Shown: one piece after another, positions 56,956 through 64,000 of the stretch
Position numbering within the stretch: the stretch's first letter is position 1
Layout of the letters: every line of letters begins with the position of its first letter
Made by a program: the position numbers and the translations under genes
Origin: an uncultured Acidobacteriaceae bacterium
Lineage (GTDB): Bacteria; Acidobacteriota; Terriglobia; Bryobacterales; Bryobacteraceae
Length of the DNA stretch: 64,000 bases
Assembly: GCA_963754595.1 (NCBI GenBank)
Contig: CAVWGO010000002.1
Location: 283,579 to 347,578, forward strand
Reading direction: 5' to 3'
Notes under the pieces: generated by a model
What the model was told of the DNA's origin: nothing
Databases searched by the model: none
The model's input: only the letters and a program-made list of their open reading frames with translations

Positions 56956-58059
56956 GTGAAGATTACCTCCGGTAAGATCACGGTCTATCAAGTACCGACC
57001 GGTCAGCAACCGCATGAGTCGGACGGCACTGCCACTTGGGACCATACCGGAGTAGTTGTCGTAGAGCTTAGTGCCGGCGGTAAGAGCGGGATTGGTTTCT
57101 CGTATACCGATCCCGCCGCCTCCGCAATCGCTAAAGACTTAGTCTCAAAGGACGTAATCGGCAAGAGTGCGTTCGACATTCCACACATCCATTCTGCTTT
57201 GGACATTCGAACCCGCAACACCGGGCGGCCGGGGCTTGTTTCGACGGCCATTTCGGCCATCGATATTTGCCTCTGGGACTTAAAGGCCAAGCTGCTGGGA
57301 GTTTCAACCATTCAGCTGCTCGGTCAGATGCGGACGTCGATAGCGGCTTATGGCAGCGGAGGTTTCACCTCGTACTCGGAAGCACAACTGATTCAGCAGA
57401 TGACGTGCTGGGCGGCAGAAGGCCTTCGCTCTGTGAAGATGAAGATCGGCCGTCATCCCGAACAGGACGTGCCGCGCGCCGCAGCAGTTGTTAAGGCGCT
57501 TGCAGGCCGTGCGCAGCTGTACGTGGATGCGAATGGGGCCTATACGCGCAAACAGGCGCTCTACAAAGCGGAACAGTTTGGTGATCTGGGAGTGGTTTGG
57601 TTTGAAGAACCTGTCAGTTCCGATGACCGGCTCGGTTTACATTTACTAGTCGAGCGCGCACCGGCGGTGATGGATATTGCGGCAGGAGAGTACAGCTACA
57701 CCCTGGACGATGCCCGGTTGTTAATCGAGGCTCAGGCGGTGGATGTTATGCAGGCCGATGTCACACGATGTGGTGGGGTCACTAACTTCCTGAAGATAGC
57801 GGACGTTTGCGAAAGCTATCATCTGCCGCTCTCTGCCCATACCTCGCCTTCTATTCACGCCACGCTTTGTTGTGCTGCCGTACCGGCTGTGAACGTCGAG
57901 TATTTTTTCGACCACGTTCGAATAGAACAGATGTTCTTCGACGGCGCGGTACAGGCGAAGGACGGTAATCTACAACCCGATCAGTCGCAACCCGGATTCG
58001 GATTGCGACTGAAACAGGCCGATACCGACCGATACAAGTTGCAGGAGCTGTCGGTTTAG
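56956..58059 (+). CDS. enolase-superfamily (mandelate racemase/muconate lactonising) enzyme
   Basis: GTG start 1 nt after the PoxB-like stop. ..KMKIG.., YVDANGAY, WFEEPV, AAGEY, MQADVTRCGG. Confidence 0.8.
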   Translation: MKITSGKITVYQVPTGQQPHESDGTATWDHTGVVVVELSAGGKSGIGFSYTDPAASAIAKDLVSKDVIGKSAFDIPHIHSALDIRTRNTGRPGLVSTAISAIDICLWDLKAKLLGVSTIQLLGQMRTSIAAYGSGGFTSYSEAQLIQQMTCWAAEGLRSVKMKIGRHPEQDVPRAAAVVKALAGRAQLYVDANGAYTRKQALYKAEQFGDLGVVWFEEPVSSDDRLGLHLLVERAPAVMDIAAGEYSYTLDDARLLIEAQAVDVMQADVTRCGGVTNFLKIADVCESYHLPLSAHTSPSIHATLCCAAVPAVNVEYFFDHVRIEQMFFDGAVQAKDGNLQPDQSQPGFGLRLKQADTDRYKLQELSV

Positions 58060-58559
58060 AACTGTTGCCTCGACAGATGCGACATCACCATTGCCAGTGC
58101 GCCGGCCCCGAGAGCCTGAACCACTTGCGGATGCTGTGAATAGAAACTGCTGGCGCGATCGACCACGGAAGGGTCCTGCTGTTGGGCGTGCTGGGCTAAC
58201 TGCTGAACGGCTTCCGGGGAAATCTGTTGAGCCTGCTCCGGCGTTACCTGCGTACTTCCGCCCAAGCCCCCAAAGTGCTGAAGCAAACCGCCGCCCAACG
58301 TCGGGCCGGCCGTTGCGAGCAGCTCGCTGAGGATGCCCGCGCGTTGTTGGCCGTTGGACTGACTGAACATGTTCGACAACATGGAGGGAAAGCCGCCGCC
58401 TTGATTCGACTGGAACGCTTGCGACAAGCCCGTGGCAACGTGTTGCTGGGGCGCGCTCTGGGCTACCTGCTGAAAGTCCTGTTGGACGTTGGCGGGCGGA
58501 GCCGAGGGGTCGACATTCGCATACGAGCGAAGGGTATTTGCAATATCGAAAAGAGACAT
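58056..58559 (-). CDS. Gln/Gly-rich protein of unknown function
   Basis: 167 aa, low-complexity Q/G/A-rich (..QQDFQQVAQSAPQQ.., ..GGGLLQHFGGLGG..). Its stop overlaps the convergent stop of the enolase-family gene. Confidence 0.5.
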   Translation of the reverse strand: MSLFDIANTLRSYANVDPSAPPANVQQDFQQVAQSAPQQHVATGLSQAFQSNQGGGFPSMLSNMFSQSNGQQRAGILSELLATAGPTLGGGLLQHFGGLGGSTQVTPEQAQQISPEAVQQLAQHAQQQDPSVVDRASSFYSQHPQVVQALGAGALAMVMSHLSRQQF

Positions 58560-58563
58560 AGAG

Positions 58564-58992
58564 TTAACTCGGAATCACCAATTCTTGACCGACTTTGATC
58601 TCATTCGGGTTGCTCAGCTTGTCGCGATTCGCTTCGAAGATGCGATTGTATTCGCCGGCGCTTCCGTAGAAGTGCTGCGAGATCTTCGAAAGCGTATCGC
58701 CTGGCTGCACCTGATACGTTTGGCTGGAACCGCCCGCAGCGGCAGCAGCTTGCGCCCGTTGGGGCTGGGGCAGGGAAGCGTCCACTGTCAGGTCGCAGGT
58801 GAGGTCGCTGTAGCTGGGGTCCACTGCCTTGATCTGATTCCAGACATTGTTCTTGATGTCTTCAGAAGGCGCAGCGCCCTGAATGAAAAGTTTGTTGTCT
58901 TGAACGTGGAGATGGGTGAGCTGCACGCCCTCGTTTTTAATTGTGTCGAGAGCACTCTTGTACTTCTGCTTCAATTCGTCTAATCGTTCCAT
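58564..58992 (-). CDS. BON-like plus LysM domain protein (Kbp/YgaU-like)
   Basis: C-terminal LysM: YQVQPGDTLSKISQHFYGSAGEYNRIFEANRDKLSNPNEIKVGQELVIP. Confidence 0.85.
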   Translation of the reverse strand: MERLDELKQKYKSALDTIKNEGVQLTHLHVQDNKLFIQGAAPSEDIKNNVWNQIKAVDPSYSDLTCDLTVDASLPQPQRAQAAAAAGGSSQTYQVQPGDTLSKISQHFYGSAGEYNRIFEANRDKLSNPNEIKVGQELVIPS

Positions 58993-59070
58993 AAGATTTC
59001 CTCCCTGTGGATGAAAGCCTCCGGAATGTGTTGCAGAAAAGATGGCAGCGCAAGCCGCGGCAAGGTGCCG

Positions 59071-60312
59071 CTATTCGCTATACCGGCGGAAGAGCAAGCA
59101 TCCGTTCGTTCCGCCGAAGCCGAAGCTATTCGAAAGCGCACACTCAATGTGCATGGGGCGTGCCTGGTTAGGCACATAGTCCAGATCACATTCAGGATCC
59201 GGGAACTCGTAGTTGATAGTTGGCGGAGCGATCTGGTCGCGGATTGCCAATACGGTGATGCCAGCTTCCAGTCCGCCAGCACCGCCGAGAAGATGGCCCG
59301 TCATCGATTTGGTGGAACTCACCGCCAGCTTGGAAGCATGTTCTCCGAAGGCGCGTTTGATGGCGATGGTTTCGGCTCGATCTCCAAGCCCGGTGGAGGT
59401 GCCGTGGGCGTTTACGTATTGGACAGCGGTTGGGTCCAGCCCAGCGTCCCGCATGGCGTTCCGCATTACACGATAGCCCCCATCGCCATCTTCTGGCGGC
59501 GAGGTGATGTGATGGGCGTCGGCGCTCATGCCGTAGCCGATGAGCTCGGCCAAAATAGTCGCGCCGCGTTTTTTCGCGTGCTCGAGTTCTTCGAGCACCA
59601 GGATGCCCGCGCCTTCACCCACAACAAAACCGTCGCGTTCGCGGTCCCAAGGGCGGCTGGCCTTCGAGGGCTCGTCGTTGCGGGTGGAAAGAGCTTTCAT
59701 GGCCGCAAACCCGCCCACGCCAAGCGGTGTCACGCATGCCTCGCTGCCTCCGCAAATCATCACGTCGGCGTCGCCGTGCTGAATCAGGCGATACGAATCG
59801 CCAATCGAGTGAGCGCTGGTGGTGCACGCCGTGGCGGTAGCTGAATTGGGGCCCTTGGCGCCGTAGCGGATGGAGACGAAGCCGCTGGCCAGGTTCACAA
59901 TGCAAGACGGAATGAAGAAGGGGGAGATACGGCTGGGGCCGCGTTCCAGGTAGGCCCGGTGTTCGCGTTCGATGACCTCGAAGCCACCAATGCCACTGCC
60001 GATGTAGACGCCGGTTGTTTCGGCCTCTTCCGGGGTCACCTGAAAGCCGGCGGATTGCATTGCGTAATCGGAGGCAGCGATTGCGAACTGGATGAACCGC
60101 CCCATCTTCTTTACTTCTTTTTTCTCGACGAACTGCCGCGGGTCGAAGCCCTGCACCTCTCCGGCAATGCGGCAATCGAATTTAGCGGCGTCGAACTGGG
60201 TGATGGGGCCAATGCCGTTCGTACCGCTCTGAATGGCGGTCCAACACTGCTCCGTTCCCATGCCGACGGAACTTAAAAGGCCTACGCCCGTGACAACTAC
60301 TCTGCGTTCCAA
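59071..60312 (-). CDS. fabF: 3-oxoacyl-ACP synthase II
   Basis: RRVVVTGVGLLS.., active-site TACTTSAHSIG, ..NAHGTSTGLGD.., ..SNSFGFGGTNG. Confidence 0.95.
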   Translation of the reverse strand: MERRVVVTGVGLLSSVGMGTEQCWTAIQSGTNGIGPITQFDAAKFDCRIAGEVQGFDPRQFVEKKEVKKMGRFIQFAIAASDYAMQSAGFQVTPEEAETTGVYIGSGIGGFEVIEREHRAYLERGPSRISPFFIPSCIVNLASGFVSIRYGAKGPNSATATACTTSAHSIGDSYRLIQHGDADVMICGGSEACVTPLGVGGFAAMKALSTRNDEPSKASRPWDRERDGFVVGEGAGILVLEELEHAKKRGATILAELIGYGMSADAHHITSPPEDGDGGYRVMRNAMRDAGLDPTAVQYVNAHGTSTGLGDRAETIAIKRAFGEHASKLAVSSTKSMTGHLLGGAGGLEAGITVLAIRDQIAPPTINYEFPDPECDLDYVPNQARPMHIECALSNSFGFGGTNGCLLFRRYSE

Positions 60313-60403
60313 AACTCGATCCTCATGCGGTTCCAGGCGTTGCGGGCAACGGCTGAAGGCGCTGGCGACAGCTTGCCGCGGGGCGGATGCGCCGGCGCGT
60401 CAA

Positions 60404-60637
60404 TTACTTTTTCTTTGCCTCGATGTAATCGACAGCGTCTTTCACAGTTTTGATCTTCTCGGCGTCTTCATCCGGGATGTCCAGATCGAATGCCTCTTCG
60501 AAGGCCATGACAAGTTCCACGATATCCAGGGAGTCTGCGCCTAAATCATCGACGAACGAAGCGCTTGGGTCGACCTGGTTCTCGTCGACACCCAATTGCT
60601 CAACGATGATTTGCTTAACCTTCTCTGCTACCGACAT
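60404..60637 (-). CDS. acpP: acyl carrier protein
   Basis: [22 protein letters not shown]...[24 protein letters not shown] (DSL phosphopantetheine site). Confidence 0.95.
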   Translation of the reverse strand: MSVAEKVKQIIVEQLGVDENQVDPSASFVDDLGADSLDIVELVMAFEEAFDLDIPDEDAEKIKTVKDAVDYIEAKKK

Positions 60638-60885
60638 TTCCAAAATATCTCCTGTGTTCACAAACGGATGCCGCACTCCGACAGGCTGCCCGGTCCAACC
60701 ATTTAAAGCTACAACATTGGGGGATGCGGAGCCGTGGATCGGCGGGATTCGTTCCGCTTGACGATTCTTAACGAGTTTAACGGTCCTTCATCAGTTGTAG
60801 CAATTCGGGGCAGCGACCGCAATGAGAGAAGCTTCGCAGGGAACGACTATCTCAATGTAAGCGCACAGCTTGGTAGGTTACTGTT

Positions 60886-61542
60886 TTGAGCATGGCGCCG
60901 CAGATTCTTTACCTGCATGGATTCGCATCGAGCCCGCAGTCACGGAAGGCAACTTACATTGGGGACCAGCTACGTAGGGCTGGGCGCAGTGTTGCAGTTC
61001 CCGACCTGGACGCGAATGACTTTGAGCATTCTACTGTGACCAAGCAGCTGCAAGTAGTGGAAGATGCTATCGGCGGTCGTGAGACCGTGCTGATCGGTTC
61101 CAGCATGGGTGGCTACCTGGCAAGTCTGGCGGCCGGCCGAAACTCCAAGGTACAAAAGCTGGTTCTGTTGGCGCCGGCCTTTGGATTTGCCCAACTGTGG
61201 GCCGAATCCCTGGGCCCGGAACGGCTTTCCGAGTGGAAGCAAAATGGCACAATCAACGTCTTTCATTACGAAGCGGGTCGACAGCTGCAGTTGAACTGGG
61301 ACTTTATGGAGGATGCGCAAATGTATCCTGCCTTTCCTTCGTTTAAGCAGCCGGCGCTGATCTTCCATGGAGACCGGGACAAGGTGGTGCCGCTAGAGCG
61401 TTCGGAACGTTTTGCTGCGGAGCACGCGAACGTAAAGTTGACGGCGCTTCCATCCGGTCATGAGTTGACGGACGTACTTGATCGTATATGGCAGGATTCG
61501 AAGGAGTTCGTGCTGGAATTGAGCTTCGAAAATCGATGCTAA
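60886..61542 (+). CDS. YqiA-like alpha/beta esterase
   Basis: ILYLHGFASSPQSRKA.., GSSMGGYLA, ..FHGDRDKVVP.., ..PSGHEL. Confidence 0.8.
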   Translation: MSMAPQILYLHGFASSPQSRKATYIGDQLRRAGRSVAVPDLDANDFEHSTVTKQLQVVEDAIGGRETVLIGSSMGGYLASLAAGRNSKVQKLVLLAPAFGFAQLWAESLGPERLSEWKQNGTINVFHYEAGRQLQLNWDFMEDAQMYPAFPSFKQPALIFHGDRDKVVPLERSERFAAEHANVKLTALPSGHELTDVLDRIWQDSKEFVLELSFENRC

Positions 61543-61686
61543 ACTGTGGGAACAGAGCGGACGCTGGGTGGATCTTTGTTGCAACCGTAACATTTTCGGT
61601 TGCGTCGGAGAAAAAGAATAGCAACGGGCAGGGGCGTGCGGTCGGAGTGTGTACGCGTGATTAGCAACGAGTTAGACAAGGGGAAC

Positions 61687-62769
61687 ATGGAGCAGCAGGA
61701 AGGTATCCCGTCCGATGCTCATCGCAACCAACTGTTCGTCCAGCCTGAGCTGGAGGAACCCTGGTTCAAATCGCTCAGCCGCAGCTTGCGTGAAGTCTTC
61801 AACCCGACGAAGGTCGCGCCGCTTGAGTTGACCTCGCGGCCGGTTGAGGGCGCCACAATGGGCGGGTTGGATCAAGTAGAGCAGCCCTGGTATAAGTCGC
61901 TGATTTCAAATATCAGGGACGCCATTAACCCACCGAAGCTGGAACCGCTGCAAGTAACGTCGCAACCGGTCGAAGTTCAGAGTATCTGGGGCGCCTATGG
62001 CGGCGGGCAAAGCCGGTCTGCGGCGGTTTCGGTTGGCGTACATATCGCGGCGCTGGCGCTGATACTCCTGATTTTCCAGGCGCGGCCCGTGCAGCAGATG
62101 GTGAAAAAGGTGGTGGACGTTTACTACGTTCCGCCTTACAAGCCAAAGGCACCGATGGCTCCGGAGAAGGCAGGCGGCGGCGGTGGCGGCGGAATGCATC
62201 AGGTTATTCCCGTCAGTCACGGTGCTGCTCCGAAGTTTGCTCCCAAGCCGTTTATTCCGCCAACGATTACGGTTCCGAAGCCCAAGTTGCCGGCACCCCC
62301 GGCAATCACGGCTGTGGTTCCCCAGATTCAGGCTGACAACTATGGCGATCCGCTGAGCAAGATCATGCCGAATTCTGGCGGATCGGGCGCCAACGGACTG
62401 GGCGCAGGTTCAGGCGGTGGACTCGGAAGCGGCAACGGCGATGGGTACGGACCGGGCAGTGGCGGAAACCAGGGCGGCGGTGTCTATCGGCCCGGTGGCG
62501 ATGTGTCCGCTCCACAGATTCTGAGCAAAGTGGAACCGGAGTACTCGGAAGAAGCGCGTAAGGCGAAGTATTCCGGCACGGTGATGCTCTCGATTGTTGT
62601 GGACGAACATGGCCTACCTCGCGACATTAAAGTGGTTCGCCCGCTAGGGCTTGGACTTGACGAGAAAGCCATTGAAGCGGTGGCGCATTGGCGCTTTCGG
62701 CCGGGTATGAAGGCGGGACGCGCGGTGGCGACACAGGCCACGGTGGAAGTGAACTTCCGCTTGCTGTAA
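61687..62769 (+). CDS. TonB-family energy transducer with Gly-rich linker
   Basis: TM helix AAVSVGVHIAALALILLIF, Pro/Gly-rich spacer, and the TonB C-domain PEYSEEARKAKYSGTVMLSIVVDEHGLPRDIKVVRPLGLGLDEKAIEAVAHWRFRPG. Confidence 0.85.
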   Translation: MEQQEGIPSDAHRNQLFVQPELEEPWFKSLSRSLREVFNPTKVAPLELTSRPVEGATMGGLDQVEQPWYKSLISNIRDAINPPKLEPLQVTSQPVEVQSIWGAYGGGQSRSAAVSVGVHIAALALILLIFQARPVQQMVKKVVDVYYVPPYKPKAPMAPEKAGGGGGGGMHQVIPVSHGAAPKFAPKPFIPPTITVPKPKLPAPPAITAVVPQIQADNYGDPLSKIMPNSGGSGANGLGAGSGGGLGSGNGDGYGPGSGGNQGGGVYRPGGDVSAPQILSKVEPEYSEEARKAKYSGTVMLSIVVDEHGLPRDIKVVRPLGLGLDEKAIEAVAHWRFRPGMKAGRAVATQATVEVNFRLL

Positions 62770-62783
62770 GCGTCTGCGAGCGG

Positions 62784-62817
62784 GGCGCGTCAACCTCTGG
62801 CGACGCGCCTTCTCTCT
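62784..62817 (+). terminator. candidate intrinsic terminator after the TonB-like gene
   Basis: GGCGCGTC-aacctctggc-GACGCGCC (8-bp perfect stem) followed by TTCTCTCT. It lies between convergent genes. Confidence 0.4.
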
Positions 62818-63244
62818 ACATTTGCTGCGATTCGTTGTAGCAGTGATGCAGTTTCTGTCCCAGCGCTACGAATTCGTCGATGCTCATCGGCTTGGTGAAA
62901 TACCAATCGGCTTCCACGTGAGCGTCGGTGACTTTTCCGCGAATGACATCCATGGGAGAAGAGCTGAGAATAGCGACCGGCAAATCCTTTAAGACGTCGT
63001 GATCGCGAATCACCCTTAAGACCTCTGTCCCATTGCGTTTCGGAAGGTTGAGATCGAGGATGACGAACTCGGGCTTGGGGCCCTGCAGCAATAACGAAAT
63101 TGCTTTTTCTCCATCCTCTGCGACCGAGAGTTGCACCTGCCAGGTTCTTTCCGACTCCAGGGCATAACGCAAGAGCCTTACATCGACCGGGTTGTCCTCT
63201 ACCACCAGCAACCTGGCGGCAGAAGCGACAGTGTCGATGATCAT
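62816..63244 (-). CDS. single-domain response regulator (REC)
   Basis: RLLVVEDNPVDVRLL...FVILDLNLPKRNG...LPVAILSSS. The ATG overlaps the upstream kinase stop (ATGA). Confidence 0.85.
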   Translation of the reverse strand: MIIDTVASAARLLVVEDNPVDVRLLRYALESERTWQVQLSVAEDGEKAISLLLQGPKPEFVILDLNLPKRNGTEVLRVIRDHDVLKDLPVAILSSSPMDVIRGKVTDAHVEADWYFTKPMSIDEFVALGQKLHHCYNESQQM

Positions 63245-64000
63245 TGGGACGAGGAGACTCCAGGCAGGCGGCAATGGAAAGTTGCGCCCTGGTCAACGAC
63301 TGCTTCGGCCCAAATACGGCCGCCGTAATGAGCTACGATGCGCTCACAGACGGCCAGTCCGATGCCGTTCCCCGGATACAGCTCTCGCGCGTGCAAGCGT
63401 TTGAACACGCCGAAGATTTTATTTGCGTACACCGGGTCGAAGCCAATGCCATTATCCTTCACTGAAATGATCCATTGGGAGCCGGCCGGTTGAGAGCATA
63501 TCTCGATCACCGGGCGGACACCAGTCCTCCGGTACTTCAGTGAATTGCCGATGATGTTCTGAAAGAGACGAACGGCGTGCATGCGCTGGACGGCGATCGT
63601 TGGCAGGTCGGCGATTCGGATGTCTGGTGAAGCCTGCTCGATTTCGGTTGAAAGCTCCATCAGGGCGGTTTCCAGCGCCGCCTTACATGGCACAGAATCG
63701 CTTTCCACGGGCCGTGGTTCGTCGTCGATGATGGTGGAAAAGGTAAGGAGATCCTTCACCATGGCGTAGAGCCTGTGGGCGCCTTCTATGCTGGCGTCGA
63801 TCCACTCCATGCCGCACGGGTCAAGCTTTGCTTCGTAATGACGGCGAAGCATGCCCACACAGGTGGCGACGTTGCGCAAGGGTTCCTGCAGGTCGTGCGC
63901 AGCGGCGTAGGCAAACTGCTTGAGTTCCTCATTGGAACGGCGTAGCGCCTCTTCGCCCCGTTTGAGATCGTCGATATCGGTGTTGGTTCCCAGCCATTGA
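63241..64000 (-). CDS. PAS sensor histidine kinase, 5' end outside the window
   Basis: The frame is open to the window edge: ..WLGTNTDIDDLKRGEEALRRSNEELKQFAYAAAHDLQEPLRNV.., NIIGNSLKY, VKDNGIGF, GNGIGLAVCERI. Confidence 0.85.
   Translation of the reverse strand, partial: QWLGTNTDIDDLKRGEEALRRSNEELKQFAYAAAHDLQEPLRNVATCVGMLRRHYEAKLDPCGMEWIDASIEGAHRLYAMVKDLLTFSTIIDDEPRPVESDSVPCKAALETALMELSTEIEQASPDIRIADLPTIAVQRMHAVRLFQNIIGNSLKYRRTGVRPVIEICSQPAGSQWIISVKDNGIGFDPVYANKIFGVFKRLHARELYPGNGIGLAVCERIVAHYGGRIWAEAVVDQGATFHCRLPGVSSSQ

Overview
A 64-kb chromosomal segment with about 58-60% GC by eye. I infer an Acidobacteriota-type genome from three things: an ADOP-style duplicated FtsX permease, many PAS/GAF sensor kinases with the HDLQEPLR phospho-acceptor box, and TAT-signal sugar enzymes. 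No database search was possible. All calls rest on reading the supplied ORF translations and the DNA. Housekeeping genes I recognise are a DEAD-box helicase, smpB, pepA, glgC, hslR, fabF-acpP and a TonB-like protein. Other content: a secretin with two GspG-like pseudopilins; a split glucarate/galactarate-type sugar-acid cluster (UxaA/GarD-like, KdgD-like, GudD-like, UxuA-like, MFS); a GMC-oxidoreductase three-gene module; a PoxB-like TPP enzyme coupled to an enolase-superfamily gene; and several two-component sensors. Coordinates about 6.5-19.9 kb look accessory. This stretch ends at tRNA-Gln(UUG), which is flanked by a decayed integrase, an HTH gene, an IS91-like relic and a strong orphan terminator. 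It also carries a sigma-54 activator followed by a good -24/-12 promoter and a seven-gene redox/hydrolase string. The window has many broken reading frames: glgC, AraC-type regulator, GH51, NIF3-like, gluconate-DH subunit-3-like, ADOP permease, integrase and a small DUF1579-like gene. These are either real gene decay or assembly indels; three isolated cases map onto GATC. I found no CRISPR array, rRNA or obvious known defence system. The most unusual items are the sigma-54 module, a secreted cysteine-rich protein with four tandem 47-48-aa repeats, an orphan tRNA-Cys 3' half, and a structured non-coding stretch with its own terminator.
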